A stretch of 64,000 nucleotides of DNA from Flavobacteriaceae bacterium (GCA_024635765.1 JAGXIE010000148.1:4074-68073), one strand, 5' to 3'. Shown: positions 41,033 through 50,753, numbered from the stretch's first letter. Made by a program: numbers and translations. The notes: a model not told the origin generated them from the sequence alone.

Positions 41033-41349
41033 ATGATTTTTGTAAAAATGGTGGTTAATGTGATGAATGCGATGTGATAAAATAGTTGATAGTCCTCATT
41101 GAAATATAAGTACGACCATAGGGCAAACTGTCCAGAGGTGCAATATTGACAGCCCCAAACAGGCTTATAGACGTATTCCTTCCAAGTGTCCTCGTACTGT
41201 CCGAAATGATCGTATCCAAACAAAAACCACTTTGAAAGGAGGTCATCTTTCAATATCGTATGATAGAACCAACTGACTGTTGCCAACAAAAGGGCTTCAA
41301 AGATGAAATTTAGCATGACACAGCGTTTATTATGAGTTCTGGGGTGCAA
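41011..41349 (-). CDS. Small membrane protein with CxxC motif
   Basis: KPVWGCQYC flanked by TM helices. Confidence 0.6.
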   Translation of the reverse strand: MHPRTHNKRCVMLNFIFEALLLATVSWFYHTILKDDLLSKWFLFGYDHFGQYEDTWKEYVYKPVWGCQYCTSGQFALWSYLYFNEDYQLFYHIAFITLTTIFTKIIWKYLEQ

Positions 41350-41951
41350 TTGTCGCTTATTGAATATTCCACGGAGAAATCAATCCCGAACGCCTCGTAT
41401 GGGTGCATCAAAAACTTTATTGATTCCTTTGGATAGGTGTAGCGCTCAAAGAGTCTGTAATCGTTCTCGATGATGTTCGTGCCCTTCACGTTGATGCGCG
41501 TCAATTGTCCAGAGTTGAAATATCCCACCTCCAACGTTTTTCGTATTTGGGTTATGAGCAAATGGTTGATGGATTTACAGTCATTGCCCTGAATGAGCTT
41601 ATTATTGATCCAACATACCAAGCGTATCTTTGAGATATAATTGAAGTTCCCACGATCACGGCTTGGCATAGATGTTCCAAAATCCTCGAAATACAGAATT
41701 CCCTTAAGGTTTGAGTTTGGCACCAAGTCTTTATAACATCCGGAGCTTATGCACTGCTCATAATCTGAATCTAGACTTATAGGAAACTTTGTAACGGCAA
41801 AAGCTCCAGGAATATCTGTTGGCTGAACTTTTTCTCCGACAGATACCATTCCCGATATTTTATCAATGAAAGTCAGTCCGCTTGGATTGCCCACGCCGTT
41901 GTCGATGGCGTTCAATTTGTCCTTTAGGATGGTTGCTAATTGTGATATCAT
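41310..41951 (-). CDS. Tail completion/terminator-like protein
   Basis: Position in the neck module. Confidence 0.5.
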   Translation of the reverse strand: MISQLATILKDKLNAIDNGVGNPSGLTFIDKISGMVSVGEKVQPTDIPGAFAVTKFPISLDSDYEQCISSGCYKDLVPNSNLKGILYFEDFGTSMPSRDRGNFNYISKIRLVCWINNKLIQGNDCKSINHLLITQIRKTLEVGYFNSGQLTRINVKGTNIIENDYRLFERYTYPKESIKFLMHPYEAFGIDFSVEYSISDNCTPELIINAVSC

Positions 41952-42154
41952 TCGCTTACGAGTTCAAGTATTAATAAATAACAATAAAATATTCCAACTC
42001 CAAAAAACAGGGTCAGCGTTCCAATGACAGGATTTTCTATTAATTCTTTACTTAAAAAACTAAATGGGAAAACCTCTCCAATTAACAATGAAATTGAAAT
42101 GCACGTTACTATCAATGAAACTGTTCCTAAAACAATATTTGATTTTTTTATCAT
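41948..42154 (-). CDS. Small two-TM protein
   Basis: 68 aa; ATGA-coupled on both sides. Confidence 0.55.
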   Translation of the reverse strand: MIKKSNIVLGTVSLIVTCISISLLIGEVFPFSFLSKELIENPVIGTLTLFFGVGIFYCYLLILELVSE

Positions 42155-42597
42155 GGGTTCAACAAATTTCGTTTAAGATTTTCTATCAATCGAGGTGCGA
42201 CCAAAGTCTCTTTTAAGATATCGCGCTCCTCTTGGTTCACTTGGTCAAAGTTTGGATATCGGCTTTTGTTCCAGCGCAATTTTGCCTGTGTCTCTTTGTC
42301 CAGACCTCCAACAGTTCCTCCGATTTTAAGACCTTGTCTGTAAGTGCCTGGTCTTTTCCATCCTGCGAACATTTGACCAGTAAAGGTCAAGTTGACGAAA
42401 CGGATTTCAAAACCTCGCCTAGCCCTCAATCTCACATAGCTTCTGGACGTGTAGTTCTTACCGAACCCTGAATTCTGAACTCTACGAGCCAACAAAGCTT
42501 TTGCGGTCAAGGCAGCTTCTTCCATAACAGGAAGCATGTCATTGGCTGTTTTCTCAATGGCGTTGTTTAGGTTCTCAAGGAAGTCGTCTGCGTTCAT
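42151..42597 (-). CDS. Neck/virion morphogenesis protein
   Basis: VNLTFTGQM motif typical of phage morphogenesis proteins. Confidence 0.6.
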   Translation of the reverse strand: MNADDFLENLNNAIEKTANDMLPVMEEAALTAKALLARRVQNSGFGKNYTSRSYVRLRARRGFEIRFVNLTFTGQMFAGWKRPGTYRQGLKIGGTVGGLDKETQAKLRWNKSRYPNFDQVNQEERDILKETLVAPRLIENLKRNLLNP

Positions 42598-42734
42598 TGT
42601 TTGGCTTTCCAGTTTTCGACATCGGCATGGGTGACGCCATCTTTATTCAGTTCATCAACTGATTCGTTTCGCTCTTTTGATAAAAGGTAGTTTCCAAAAC
42701 TTACCAGATCTTTTTTATTGTAGTACGTTACCAA
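42594..42734 (-). CDS. Small phage protein (46 aa, TTG start)
   Basis: Hand translation (M)VTYYNKKDLVSFGNYLLSKERNESVDELNKDGVTHADVENWKAKQ; ATGA overlap with the next gene. Confidence 0.6.
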   Translation of the reverse strand: MVTYYNKKDLVSFGNYLLSKERNESVDELNKDGVTHADVENWKAKQ

Positions 42735-42738
42735 AATA

Positions 42739-43212
42739 TTATGTATTTAGAGTTAATAAAAATGATTCGTATTTATTCTTGGCGTCTATTTCTCGATCAA
42801 ACAGTCCTAGAAATTTATTTTTACCATTAAAAAATATAGTCGCTCCCCATTTTCTATTCCTTTTCCAATAACTAACTCCAGTAAACCTTGAGTATGAATT
42901 AAGTCTTTGTTTTGAGTGTTTGACATTTTCTCTTTGAGAAATGCGCTCTAAATTGGAAACGTGATTGTTTTCTTTATTAAAATCCTTATGGTTAGTGACC
43001 TCTCCTTTTTCTTTCAAAAAAGCATTCGAAACTAATTTATGTATGGTAAATGTTTTTCCTATTCCGTTATTATAAAGCCTTACTTTTGGATATCCATGAA
43101 CAGTAAGAGATATACGTAGAATGTTGTCTCTTTTTATATTTCTAACACGGCCACAAGAAGAAACCGAATAATTTTTATAATTTTTAATCTCTTTCCAAAC
43201 TTCATTTACCAT
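42739..43212 (-). CDS. NUMOD4-HNH-AP2 homing endonuclease
   Basis: EVWKEI..YSVSSCGRVR (NUMOD4), NHKDFNKENNHVSNLE (HNH), SRFTGVS..KWGATI..FLGLF (AP2). Confidence 0.88.
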   Translation of the reverse strand: MVNEVWKEIKNYKNYSVSSCGRVRNIKRDNILRISLTVHGYPKVRLYNNGIGKTFTIHKLVSNAFLKEKGEVTNHKDFNKENNHVSNLERISQRENVKHSKQRLNSYSRFTGVSYWKRNRKWGATIFFNGKNKFLGLFDREIDAKNKYESFLLTLNT

Positions 43213-43267
43213 CTTCTTTAGTTTTCATGGTTACATGCCTACTCTTTAAAGGATTTTCGGCTTTCTC

Positions 43268-44293
43268 CTATATTAGATTTTTACCCATGGTCATGACCTT
43301 TCGGGTGTCACAGATAAAACAGTTTGATTCTGTTATACGAGAATTCTCTGAAAGCCACATGACCAGATTGCTGTAATTGCTCTCGAATTTTTTTTTACGT
43401 GTGTAGAGATATTCTCTATCACTGAACGTGTCGAAGTTGATTTTCCTCGATGCAAAAACCTTTTCAATAAACAGAACTCCCATCTTGTACCAAAGCGCCA
43501 TACCAGTCCTACGCAAGAACACATCGTCGTCCATGAATCCACATACGAGGTTATCGATTGAACAGCTTATCAAAACGTTCAGCGACATGCCATATGCATA
43601 GTTGGAATCGATGTCCAAATCTTCAAAAGTTGGTCCTTTCACACCTTGGGCGGTCAAAAATTTGCTTCTGACCTCTTCGATACCTGAACACGAACAGCTG
43701 GTCTTGTTGTTCATCGGCTGCATGGTGCCCACAGCATACACGAAATAATAATCGTTTCGTATGCCGTTCTCTACGATTGGGAGTATAAGTGGTTCAGGAA
43801 GTGGGTAATTTGTGCTCTGGGCTACAATTGGAATGGTGTATTCTGTCGATAGTAACTCATCGTTCTTGTAGACTTGTAAAATTATTTCGCCAGTATTGTT
43901 GAAATAGAAATTGATCGAGTTTACCACAATCGAAGCTCCATCAACGTGATTTGTTTTCAGTTTCATTCCCACATAGGTGGATGTCGATATCGGACTTGAA
44001 AACTTGGTCTCGCCAATCTTACCGATATAGGCTTTGTTCTTTTGCCTGAAGTTCTCCGATATTCCCACCTGAAGGTCGCTCTCAAAGAAATTAACTGCAG
44101 AACCATACATCTTATCAAAGCTTTGCTCCAAGGTATCGCCGCAACCGATAGCATTCTGAATAAGTTCCAGGTCAATGCCTTCAAGGTCATCAACAAATAG
44201 GTTTAGGCTGCTTTCCTTCTGTGCTGCAGCTACAGTAAAACATTCACATTCCAATTGTGACAATCCGACAAGCCCTTCAAAACATGATTTCAT
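43268..44293 (-). CDS. Head completion/adaptor-like protein
   Basis: First gene after the capsid gene and tRNA; Cys-rich. Confidence 0.5.
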   Translation of the reverse strand: MKSCFEGLVGLSQLECECFTVAAAQKESSLNLFVDDLEGIDLELIQNAIGCGDTLEQSFDKMYGSAVNFFESDLQVGISENFRQKNKAYIGKIGETKFSSPISTSTYVGMKLKTNHVDGASIVVNSINFYFNNTGEIILQVYKNDELLSTEYTIPIVAQSTNYPLPEPLILPIVENGIRNDYYFVYAVGTMQPMNNKTSCSCSGIEEVRSKFLTAQGVKGPTFEDLDIDSNYAYGMSLNVLISCSIDNLVCGFMDDDVFLRRTGMALWYKMGVLFIEKVFASRKINFDTFSDREYLYTRKKKFESNYSNLVMWLSENSRITESNCFICDTRKVMTMGKNLI

Positions 44294-44307
44294 AAGATTC
44301 GTTTTAG

Positions 44308-44381
44308 TTGTGGGAGCTGGATTTGAACCAACGATCTCTAGGTTATGGGCCTAGCGAGATAACCAACTTCTCCATCCCACG
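44308..44381 (-). tRNA. Phage tRNA-Met(CAT), initiator-like
   Basis: Reverse complement CGTGGGATGGAGAAGTTGGTTATCTCGCTAGGCCCATAACCTAGAGATCGTTGGTTCAAATCCAGCTCCCACAA; cloverleaf with C1:A72 mismatch. Confidence 0.88.
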
Positions 44382-44385
44382 GTTT

Positions 44386-44420
44386 AAAAAAAAGCACCAT
44401 CATTTAAGATGATGCTTTTC
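44386..44420 (-). terminator. Terminator after the major capsid gene
   Basis: AAAAGCATCATC-TTAA-ATGATGGTGCTTTTTTTT on the minus strand. Confidence 0.7.
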
Positions 44421-44439
44421 ACTTTTGCTATTAAGTCAA

Positions 44440-45489
44440 TTACGCGACTTTAGTGTAGGAAAGGATTCCTGACACTTGGTCGAATACGTCTGGTCCTGTG
44501 CTTACAAGCACATCACATCCAACTGGATTCAAAGCAAAACCGAAGTTAGCCTCGATGTAGTAAGTGTGGGTGAAACGTTTTCCGGTACAAGAATACTCAT
44601 GGTAAATGTCATAACGCAATCCTGCGACTGTGTTTGATGGCATTGACCAACGCATCTGACGACCTTCTTTAGGGTTCACTTCAATAGGCGTGTTTCCGTT
44701 GTAGTTCCTTGAAGCAAAAGCGTAAGCGCTAGAGCTGATCAAGAACGTGTCATCGGTAACCGGTGCTGATGGAAATCCTACCAAATCAAAATATGTTGGG
44801 AACAACATTGTTTTTCTTTGGCTTCCTTTTCCTTCGGCGTTGCCCTGCTCCAATTGAGCGTTCAGGTAGTAACGGTACAATGCACCATTATCAACCACAA
44901 AAGGATCGGACAGTTTATTGATTTTTGCATCAATGGCCATCTTAACATAAAGGTCTGTTGTGTAGTCCGCAGCTGGTATCGACAATGTGGTACCTCCAAA
45001 AGTATAGGTCTCTGGGTTCTTGTTGTAACCTGCATTCGCAGATAAAAACAACAAAGACTGGGCATTGATATGCTCGTCCAAAGCTTTCATTTTTGCCAAC
45101 AGCTTGCGTGCAACGATCTCATCGATGGTGTAACGGTTTCTCAACACGTCGTTCTCATTGATCTTGAAAGAAGCTGACTTACAATTTGTCAAAGTAAAAT
45201 CCTTTGAATTCATTGCAACCTCTGCCGCTGTAAGGGCACATACATCCTGACATGTTTCGTCAAGTGTTTCACCGCAATTGTCAAGCCACACGATTTTAAC
45301 TGCGTTGTCTTCCAGTTCTGGGTTTTCTAGTTCGGTAATAATTCGGGTGCGTCCTTCTTGACGCTCTGCAAGGGCTTTGATAGTCTCGGCATCTGCCGTG
45401 TACATATCAGTTTGGTTCTGGCTATCTGCCCAGACCTCCTCTGCTTTTAATACGATGTCGCACTGATCGGCGACTGATAAATCTGCCAT
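44440..45489 (-). CDS. Major capsid protein
   Basis: 349 aa after the scaffold gene, followed by a strong terminator; highly expressed-type codon usage. Confidence 0.75.
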   Translation of the reverse strand: MADLSVADQCDIVLKAEEVWADSQNQTDMYTADAETIKALAERQEGRTRIITELENPELEDNAVKIVWLDNCGETLDETCQDVCALTAAEVAMNSKDFTLTNCKSASFKINENDVLRNRYTIDEIVARKLLAKMKALDEHINAQSLLFLSANAGYNKNPETYTFGGTTLSIPAADYTTDLYVKMAIDAKINKLSDPFVVDNGALYRYYLNAQLEQGNAEGKGSQRKTMLFPTYFDLVGFPSAPVTDDTFLISSSAYAFASRNYNGNTPIEVNPKEGRQMRWSMPSNTVAGLRYDIYHEYSCTGKRFTHTYYIEANFGFALNPVGCDVLVSTGPDVFDQVSGILSYTKVA

Positions 45490-45522
45490 AATTTTTTTAA
45501 ATTAGATTAAACAATTAGCTTT

Positions 45523-46428
45523 TTACGACGCTGCTTGTTTATTCCATTCTTCCTTGATTTTCTGACGCTCTTCTAAAGGAATGTCCCTATTCGTAACCAT
45601 TTTAGAATACTCCTCTACGGTTTTAGGCTTATGACCAGAACCAGTTCCTCCGCCTCCAGGAGGGTTTGGATTGCTTCGGTCGTCAGCCTGTTTGAAATCG
45701 AACCACTGCTTGGCAGTGTCCTTTACAAGGCTTTCGAAACTGATACCGTGTCCATGTTGATCCTCAATGCGCTTTCCATCTTTCAACGGAATGAAATCAT
45801 CTCCATCTTCCTGAAATTCAAATCCTTTGATTTGCTCCAATAGGATGTTCTTTTGATTCTGCGCCTTAACAGGGTCAGCTGATAGAACTGGGTTCATAGC
45901 TTCAAAAAACGTTAGGGCTCTTTTGGAAACGGTGTTGAAAACTTTCTCTTTATTGAATTGGCCCAACTTTTCAGCGAACCCTTCCTCGAGTTGTTTCTTT
46001 TCCTCTTTCCAAGTTTTTTCCTTTTCGGAAAGCATCTTGATAACAGATGGATGGCTTTTAAGTTCCTCCTCTGTCAGCTTTGTTGGGTCGGATTTTGATT
46101 TTTGGGAGTTTGATTCAACTACTTTCTTTACCAAATCAATTCCTATCAAATCGTCATCATCAATGTTAAAATGCTCTTTGATCTCGGTTTCAAATGAACT
46201 CAAAACTTCTTTCTTTCCCTTGGAGTATCCCTGTTCAAACTTATCCTTACCTTTTTGGTTGATAGCTTCAACTCGGTTTTTGTCCTGCTCAAGAAATGAA
46301 GTGAGAAACTCACCTTCTTTAAAATCTTCCTCTTTTTCAGGTAGAATGGTTGCAATGTCGTCCTCTGAAATTTTGTACGCGGTTTTCAGCCCCTCCGCCA
46401 GTTGTTGTCTTAATTTTGTGTATGACAT
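45523..46428 (-). CDS. Capsid scaffolding protein
   Basis: Charged coiled coil with PNPPGGGGTG linker near the C-terminus, directly before the capsid gene. Confidence 0.7.
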   Translation of the reverse strand: MSYTKLRQQLAEGLKTAYKISEDDIATILPEKEEDFKEGEFLTSFLEQDKNRVEAINQKGKDKFEQGYSKGKKEVLSSFETEIKEHFNIDDDDLIGIDLVKKVVESNSQKSKSDPTKLTEEELKSHPSVIKMLSEKEKTWKEEKKQLEEGFAEKLGQFNKEKVFNTVSKRALTFFEAMNPVLSADPVKAQNQKNILLEQIKGFEFQEDGDDFIPLKDGKRIEDQHGHGISFESLVKDTAKQWFDFKQADDRSNPNPPGGGGTGSGHKPKTVEEYSKMVTNRDIPLEERQKIKEEWNKQAAS

Positions 46429-46440
46429 TTTTAATATGGA

Positions 46441-46665
46441 TTAGTCCTTTTTATCGGATCTGGTTGGTTGTTTTTTTGTTTTTTCCTTTGGCTTGTCATC
46501 CGAAGTATTTGAAACAATCTCCTGTTCCTTGACCTCGATGTCCTTTGCCAATGTGGTGCTCGGTTTTACCCTGAATGTTTTGGGGTATTTTTTCAGTACG
46601 GCATCAGGATCCGTTGTCTGGAATTCGATGCCTGTCTTTTTGTTGATGAGGACCTTCTTTGCCAT
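46441..46665 (-). CDS. Small basic phage protein
   Basis: 74 aa, head operon. Confidence 0.6.
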   Translation of the reverse strand: MAKKVLINKKTGIEFQTTDPDAVLKKYPKTFRVKPSTTLAKDIEVKEQEIVSNTSDDKPKEKTKKQPTRSDKKD

Positions 46666-46667
46666 GG

Positions 46668-46994
46668 TTATTTAGATTTGGCAGGTGCTTTAACCGGCTC
46701 TTTATCCGCAGACTTGTTAGCCTCGATCGCATCGACCTGTTTTTGGAGGTCAGTATTTGAGGTTTTCAAAGTACCGTTTTCCTTTGTGAGGTCATCGACT
46801 TGCTTTTGGAGTTTCTTGATCTCGGTATTTTCAAGCTCCTTGTCTTTGTCAACAACATCATCTGGAAGGTCTGATTTTAAACGCCAGCCGTAAAGGGCGT
46901 TGTTTTCTTTCATGGAATTCCACTGATCTTGAGAGAATTCCTTTTCCACACCACTACGTGAGGCTTTGACTGTTTTTGTTTTGGACTTGGCCAT
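46668..46994 (-). CDS. Small coiled-coil phage protein
   Basis: 108 aa, LQKQVD repeated; first gene after the promoter motif. Confidence 0.6.
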   Translation of the reverse strand: MAKSKTKTVKASRSGVEKEFSQDQWNSMKENNALYGWRLKSDLPDDVVDKDKELENTEIKKLQKQVDDLTKENGTLKTSNTDLQKQVDAIEANKSADKEPVKAPAKSK

Positions 46995-47062
46995 AGTATT
47001 TTGAATTAAAGATTAGACTATAATTGTCATGTTGTTGAGCCTGACCAACTCCTGAAGTACTA

Positions 47063-47092
47063 CAAATATATAAAAAAGAACTTATTAAATTC
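47063..47092 (-). promoter_or_regulatory. Phage late-promoter motif copy 2
   Basis: GAATTTAATAAGTTC + T-tract + TATATTTG on the minus strand. Confidence 0.65.
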
Positions 47093-47158
47093 TTTTTTGT
47101 GGAATTTTCGATATATTAGCATTTCGAAGAGTAGGTTAATTTGAATTTTAGTCATGAT

Positions 47159-47193
47159 AAAAAAGAGGTTTTCAATACGATGCCTCTTTTTTT
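47159..47193. terminator. Intrinsic terminator
   Basis: AAAAAAGAGG...CCTCTTTTTTT directly after the minor capsid gene. Confidence 0.65.
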
Positions 47194-48074
47194 TATTTCT
47201 TAAGTTCTGGTCTCAAAACAAATGCTACTTCGTCCGCAATGAAATCTATCGTGTGCCTACAGTTATAACCACCTCTATCGATAAGCCAGTTATAAGTTTC
47301 CCTATTGTCAATTGCCTCCAGAGTTGGATCATCTTTCCATTTCTCGGCTTCCTGTGTGCTGAAAACTTCAGCGTTTCGCTTCTTGCAGAATTCACGTGAT
47401 GTTTTTATAAGGCCACCGTTATAGATGAAATGTGACAATCCCAACTTCTGGGCGTAGGTTGCTGAAGTGAATGAGTTGAGCTGTGCATATGCATCATAGC
47501 TGAAGGTTTTGTAATGTTTCTGGAATAGTCCAAATTTTTCTGTCTCCCCTTCAATCAAAATCTTCAGGCTTTCCTTGAACGACTCAAAGCCGCTCTGCTT
47601 GAAGATCTCCCTGAACACATGCTTCTGGATCTCGGACCTGATTGCAGTATCGTCTAGAAGTCCGTTCATGTAGCCCTCACGGACCAGAGAACCGTTGTCA
47701 TTGATACCGAGTCGTCGGTTGATCAGTTTTTTGATATCGGATTTGTCCACAGCCTTTTCAACTGTTGATCTGTAGAATTTATGATTGTCCTCAAGAATAT
47801 TGTCGATGTCCTCTATGATGGAATTAACCAGATTGTTCTTGGTTGTGTTCTGGTACCGTTTGAATGCCTCGTTGAATAGAGTGAGCGTCTGCTTGTTGAA
47901 TTCAGAAATGATCCTTCCCTGTTGAGTGTTCAGTTTATTGACAAACTGCTTGAGCATGATCTTTGTCAGCTCTGATGAAGATGTGGATATTCGCTTTTCG
48001 AGTGCATCGATAAGTCTCTCCAGTTTCACAGCTTTCTCGTAGGATAGTCTCTGTATTTCTTTAGGTGTTGGCAT
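47193..48074 (-). CDS. Head morphogenesis/minor capsid protein
   Basis: SREFC and GGYNCRH motifs. Confidence 0.8.
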   Translation of the reverse strand: MPTPKEIQRLSYEKAVKLERLIDALEKRISTSSSELTKIMLKQFVNKLNTQQGRIISEFNKQTLTLFNEAFKRYQNTTKNNLVNSIIEDIDNILEDNHKFYRSTVEKAVDKSDIKKLINRRLGINDNGSLVREGYMNGLLDDTAIRSEIQKHVFREIFKQSGFESFKESLKILIEGETEKFGLFQKHYKTFSYDAYAQLNSFTSATYAQKLGLSHFIYNGGLIKTSREFCKKRNAEVFSTQEAEKWKDDPTLEAIDNRETYNWLIDRGGYNCRHTIDFIADEVAFVLRPELKK

Positions 48075-48260
48075 TTATTGTTCAGATAATACCACTACAT
48101 TAATTTCTTCAATCGAATCGTCGGCATGTTCATAATCAACGTCTATTGTTTTAATGGTATTTATGTCAGCAAATTGATATCCACTTTCATTCGCTTCCAG
48201 CATTACTTCTTTGTCCATTGGGTATTTTTGCAATGCTTCTATTAATTCTTTTACTGTCAT
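48075..48260 (-). CDS. Small phage protein
   Basis: MTVKELIEALQKYP.D.EV family pattern. Confidence 0.65.
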   Translation of the reverse strand: MTVKELIEALQKYPMDKEVMLEANESGYQFADINTIKTIDVDYEHADDSIEEINVVVLSEQ

Positions 48261-48380
48261 AATTAAAGTTCTTTAGCAACCCCATCCACGTAAACATGAA
48301 CGATGATCGTTGATTTATTATTTAGGCTCTCAAGCCATTCCTGTGAGCACTCGATTGATTGTTTTTTCATTGGTTAGGTT

Positions 48381-48521
48381 TTAAAGTTGGCAATTACATT
48401 GAATACAATGGGTGTTACTTTTGCAGTTAGTTGCATTACACGTTCTACAGGTGGTTTCCCATTTCGGAAGGAAGTCTTTCACAAATTCCCGTGCTTCTCT
48501 TCTAATCTCATCTTCATTCAT
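48381..48521 (-). CDS. Small zinc-ribbon protein (46 aa)
   Basis: Hand translation ...TTCRTCNATNCKSNTHCIQCNCQL; ATGA-coupled. Confidence 0.5.
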   Translation of the reverse strand: MNEDEIRREAREFVKDFLPKWETTCRTCNATNCKSNTHCIQCNCQL

Positions 48522-48901
48522 GACTTTTTAATTTTTATAATCCCCATCTTCTCCAACTGCTTCAATACGCTTTTACGGTTTAGCTTCGACATATAAATGC
48601 AGTCTTTCTTTTTGATCAGCTTTCGTTTGATCGGTGCAAGTCCATCCAGAACCAACTTCTTACGACCATCCTTATAACCGACAATTCCCAAACCTTTTGG
48701 CTTTTCTTTTACGAAAGAAGCAGCTTCAACTTCTTCAAACTCTGCTGGCTCAATCGTGTGCTCCAACAAATTCACCTCCCAAATGGTATGACCTTTTTTC
48801 GGAAGGATTCTACCAACGAGCTGTTGCTTCTTTTCGACTTCAACTTGTCGCACGTCGACGACCTTGTCTTTTGGGATTGGTTTGGTTTGGAGTGGGTTCA
48901 T
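48518..48901 (-). CDS. Hypothetical phage protein
   Basis: 127 aa; coupled to the portal stop. Confidence 0.6.
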   Translation of the reverse strand: MNPLQTKPIPKDKVVDVRQVEVEKKQQLVGRILPKKGHTIWEVNLLEHTIEPAEFEEVEAASFVKEKPKGLGIVGYKDGRKKLVLDGLAPIKRKLIKKKDCIYMSKLNRKSVLKQLEKMGIIKIKKS

Positions 48902-50700
48902 ATCGATGTCAAATTCAATGATGGAATGGTAGGCGTCAGCTCCGCAATTATTGCATCCACTTCAACCTTGATAAGTTCCTTCTGTTTGGCATATGCCATA
49001 TTATAAAATCCCTTGTTCGTGCCCTCGATCTCATCAAAGATGTTATCGAAATTGGCATACAGAACCTGTTTGAACTGGGTGGCCAAGTTGTTCAGTATGA
49101 TGTTCTGTATCTCGAAATCGCTCTTACCTGGGAACGGGAAATGTTTGTTCTTGATGGCCAGTTTTGCCCTTTCCTCTTGGTCATCGGAATAGATGATATC
49201 TGCAATGTCGTTGTTGATGCTCTCACGGATGTACGATGGTGCATTGCTGTCGTTGGCAGTCTTTAGTTCGGTAAGCAATTGGCCAAGTCGTTTGAGTTTG
49301 AAGTCCGACGGGAACTTGTGGTAAACCGTGGTTCCATCAAGGAATCCCATATAAAGTACTTGAAGCTTAACTATGAACATCCAGAACTCACTGTACTTTT
49401 CGGCAAACGGATGCAATGTGTCATTTATTGAGTCAAAATCAATTTCGGCTTCGGTTGCGGTGGCAAATTGTGTCTGTACAAGGCTCTCGGAATTGTACAC
49501 CATCCTAATGACCTTCTTTTCAATCTTGTCTGCGTATTTGTCAAGGAAATCCATGACATTACCGGGGAAAGGAACATAAGCGGAGACCGCAGCCACATCC
49601 ACCATATCCTCTGGGCGTTTTGGCATAGGTATCTCCTGAATGTCGGCAGCTGTCGTGTGGGTTTTCTTTCCTGTGCCCTCACATGCCAGACACTGGGAAA
49701 CTCCATCACTCAAGACGCCGCCATTACATCCCTTGGCCTCACATACGGAAACATAGGAAACCTGTTTAGGGAATGCATGAAGCGTTATGGACAATTGAAG
49801 CTCTGAACTGATCTTTACGAACTGCTCCAACAACGGCATCGCTTCGTAATGGAACGGATTCACAAACGTCTGGTCATCTGTACTGATGTCCTTGCGATAT
49901 CCCACGCGCATAAGTGCCACGCGGTCGCTGTTGTGCTCATAGCTGAAAACATTGTAAGTTTTTCTGGTTTTTTCTTCTGTCCAAATGGATGTCGAGTCCT
50001 CTTTTTCCTTGATGTCTTTTGGGACTTCTTTGTACTCATACGATACATCTGGCCCGAATATAATCCAGCGGTCGGCCTGTTTGGTCTTGTCCTGCCTGTC
50101 GGTATAATCATACTTGAGCTTTACGATTACCCATTGCGTCTGATTATTGATAATCGAATAGTTTACCACATCCTCGCAGCTGTACTCGATGGGAAATGTC
50201 TGCGGTTTTTCTGTGTTTGAATCGAAAGGTTTGAAAGTTACCCATACCCAGGCGTTCGGGTCCGTGAATGTCAATATCTTGAAACGCTCGCTCAAGAACT
50301 GGTCAACCCCATTGTTGTCGCTCTCTCCATAGAACTTCATCAACCTTTCCTCAATTTCCATGACCTTTTTGCTATCTGTATTGTCGATGAGCTTCACCAC
50401 TCTGTTGGAACGCACCACCTTGTTGAAGGGTCGCATGATCTGGGCGCAAATGGAAGGAGTGTAGTGCTTTGTGATGTTCTTGCGCTGTTCAAAAAGGTCA
50501 TCGTCCTCACGCCTAACGAACTGCCTCAAATAATCGTTCAATGGGAATTCCTCTTTGAGTTTACCGTCTTTTCCCTTTTTGTATCTAGGCTCATTCGTTA
50601 TGAAGGCCTTGTATTTTAGGGATAGATTGCAGACACGGTCGTAATGCTTGTGCCTTGTGTCGTTGGCGATGGTAGATTCTAGGTGCTCCTGTAATTCCAT
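48898..50700 (-). CDS. Portal protein with DnaJ-like zinc-finger insertion
   Basis: 600 aa directly after the terminase; TATEA motif; CxxxxCxGG...CxxCxGTG. Confidence 0.8.
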   Translation of the reverse strand: MELQEHLESTIANDTRHKHYDRVCNLSLKYKAFITNEPRYKKGKDGKLKEEFPLNDYLRQFVRREDDDLFEQRKNITKHYTPSICAQIMRPFNKVVRSNRVVKLIDNTDSKKVMEIEERLMKFYGESDNNGVDQFLSERFKILTFTDPNAWVWVTFKPFDSNTEKPQTFPIEYSCEDVVNYSIINNQTQWVIVKLKYDYTDRQDKTKQADRWIIFGPDVSYEYKEVPKDIKEKEDSTSIWTEEKTRKTYNVFSYEHNSDRVALMRVGYRKDISTDDQTFVNPFHYEAMPLLEQFVKISSELQLSITLHAFPKQVSYVSVCEAKGCNGGVLSDGVSQCLACEGTGKKTHTTAADIQEIPMPKRPEDMVDVAAVSAYVPFPGNVMDFLDKYADKIEKKVIRMVYNSESLVQTQFATATEAEIDFDSINDTLHPFAEKYSEFWMFIVKLQVLYMGFLDGTTVYHKFPSDFKLKRLGQLLTELKTANDSNAPSYIRESINNDIADIIYSDDQEERAKLAIKNKHFPFPGKSDFEIQNIILNNLATQFKQVLYANFDNIFDEIEGTNKGFYNMAYAKQKELIKVEVDAIIAELTPTIPSLNLTSI

Positions 50701-50715
50701 GGGATGAAGTTTTCA

Positions 50716-50744
50716 CAAATGTAAAAAAAGAAACTAATAGTTTC
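50716..50744 (-). promoter_or_regulatory. Phage late-promoter motif copy 3
   Basis: GAAACTATTAGTTTC + T-tract + TACATTTG on the minus strand, upstream of the portal gene. Confidence 0.7.
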
Positions 50745-50753
50745 GTTTTTTTG

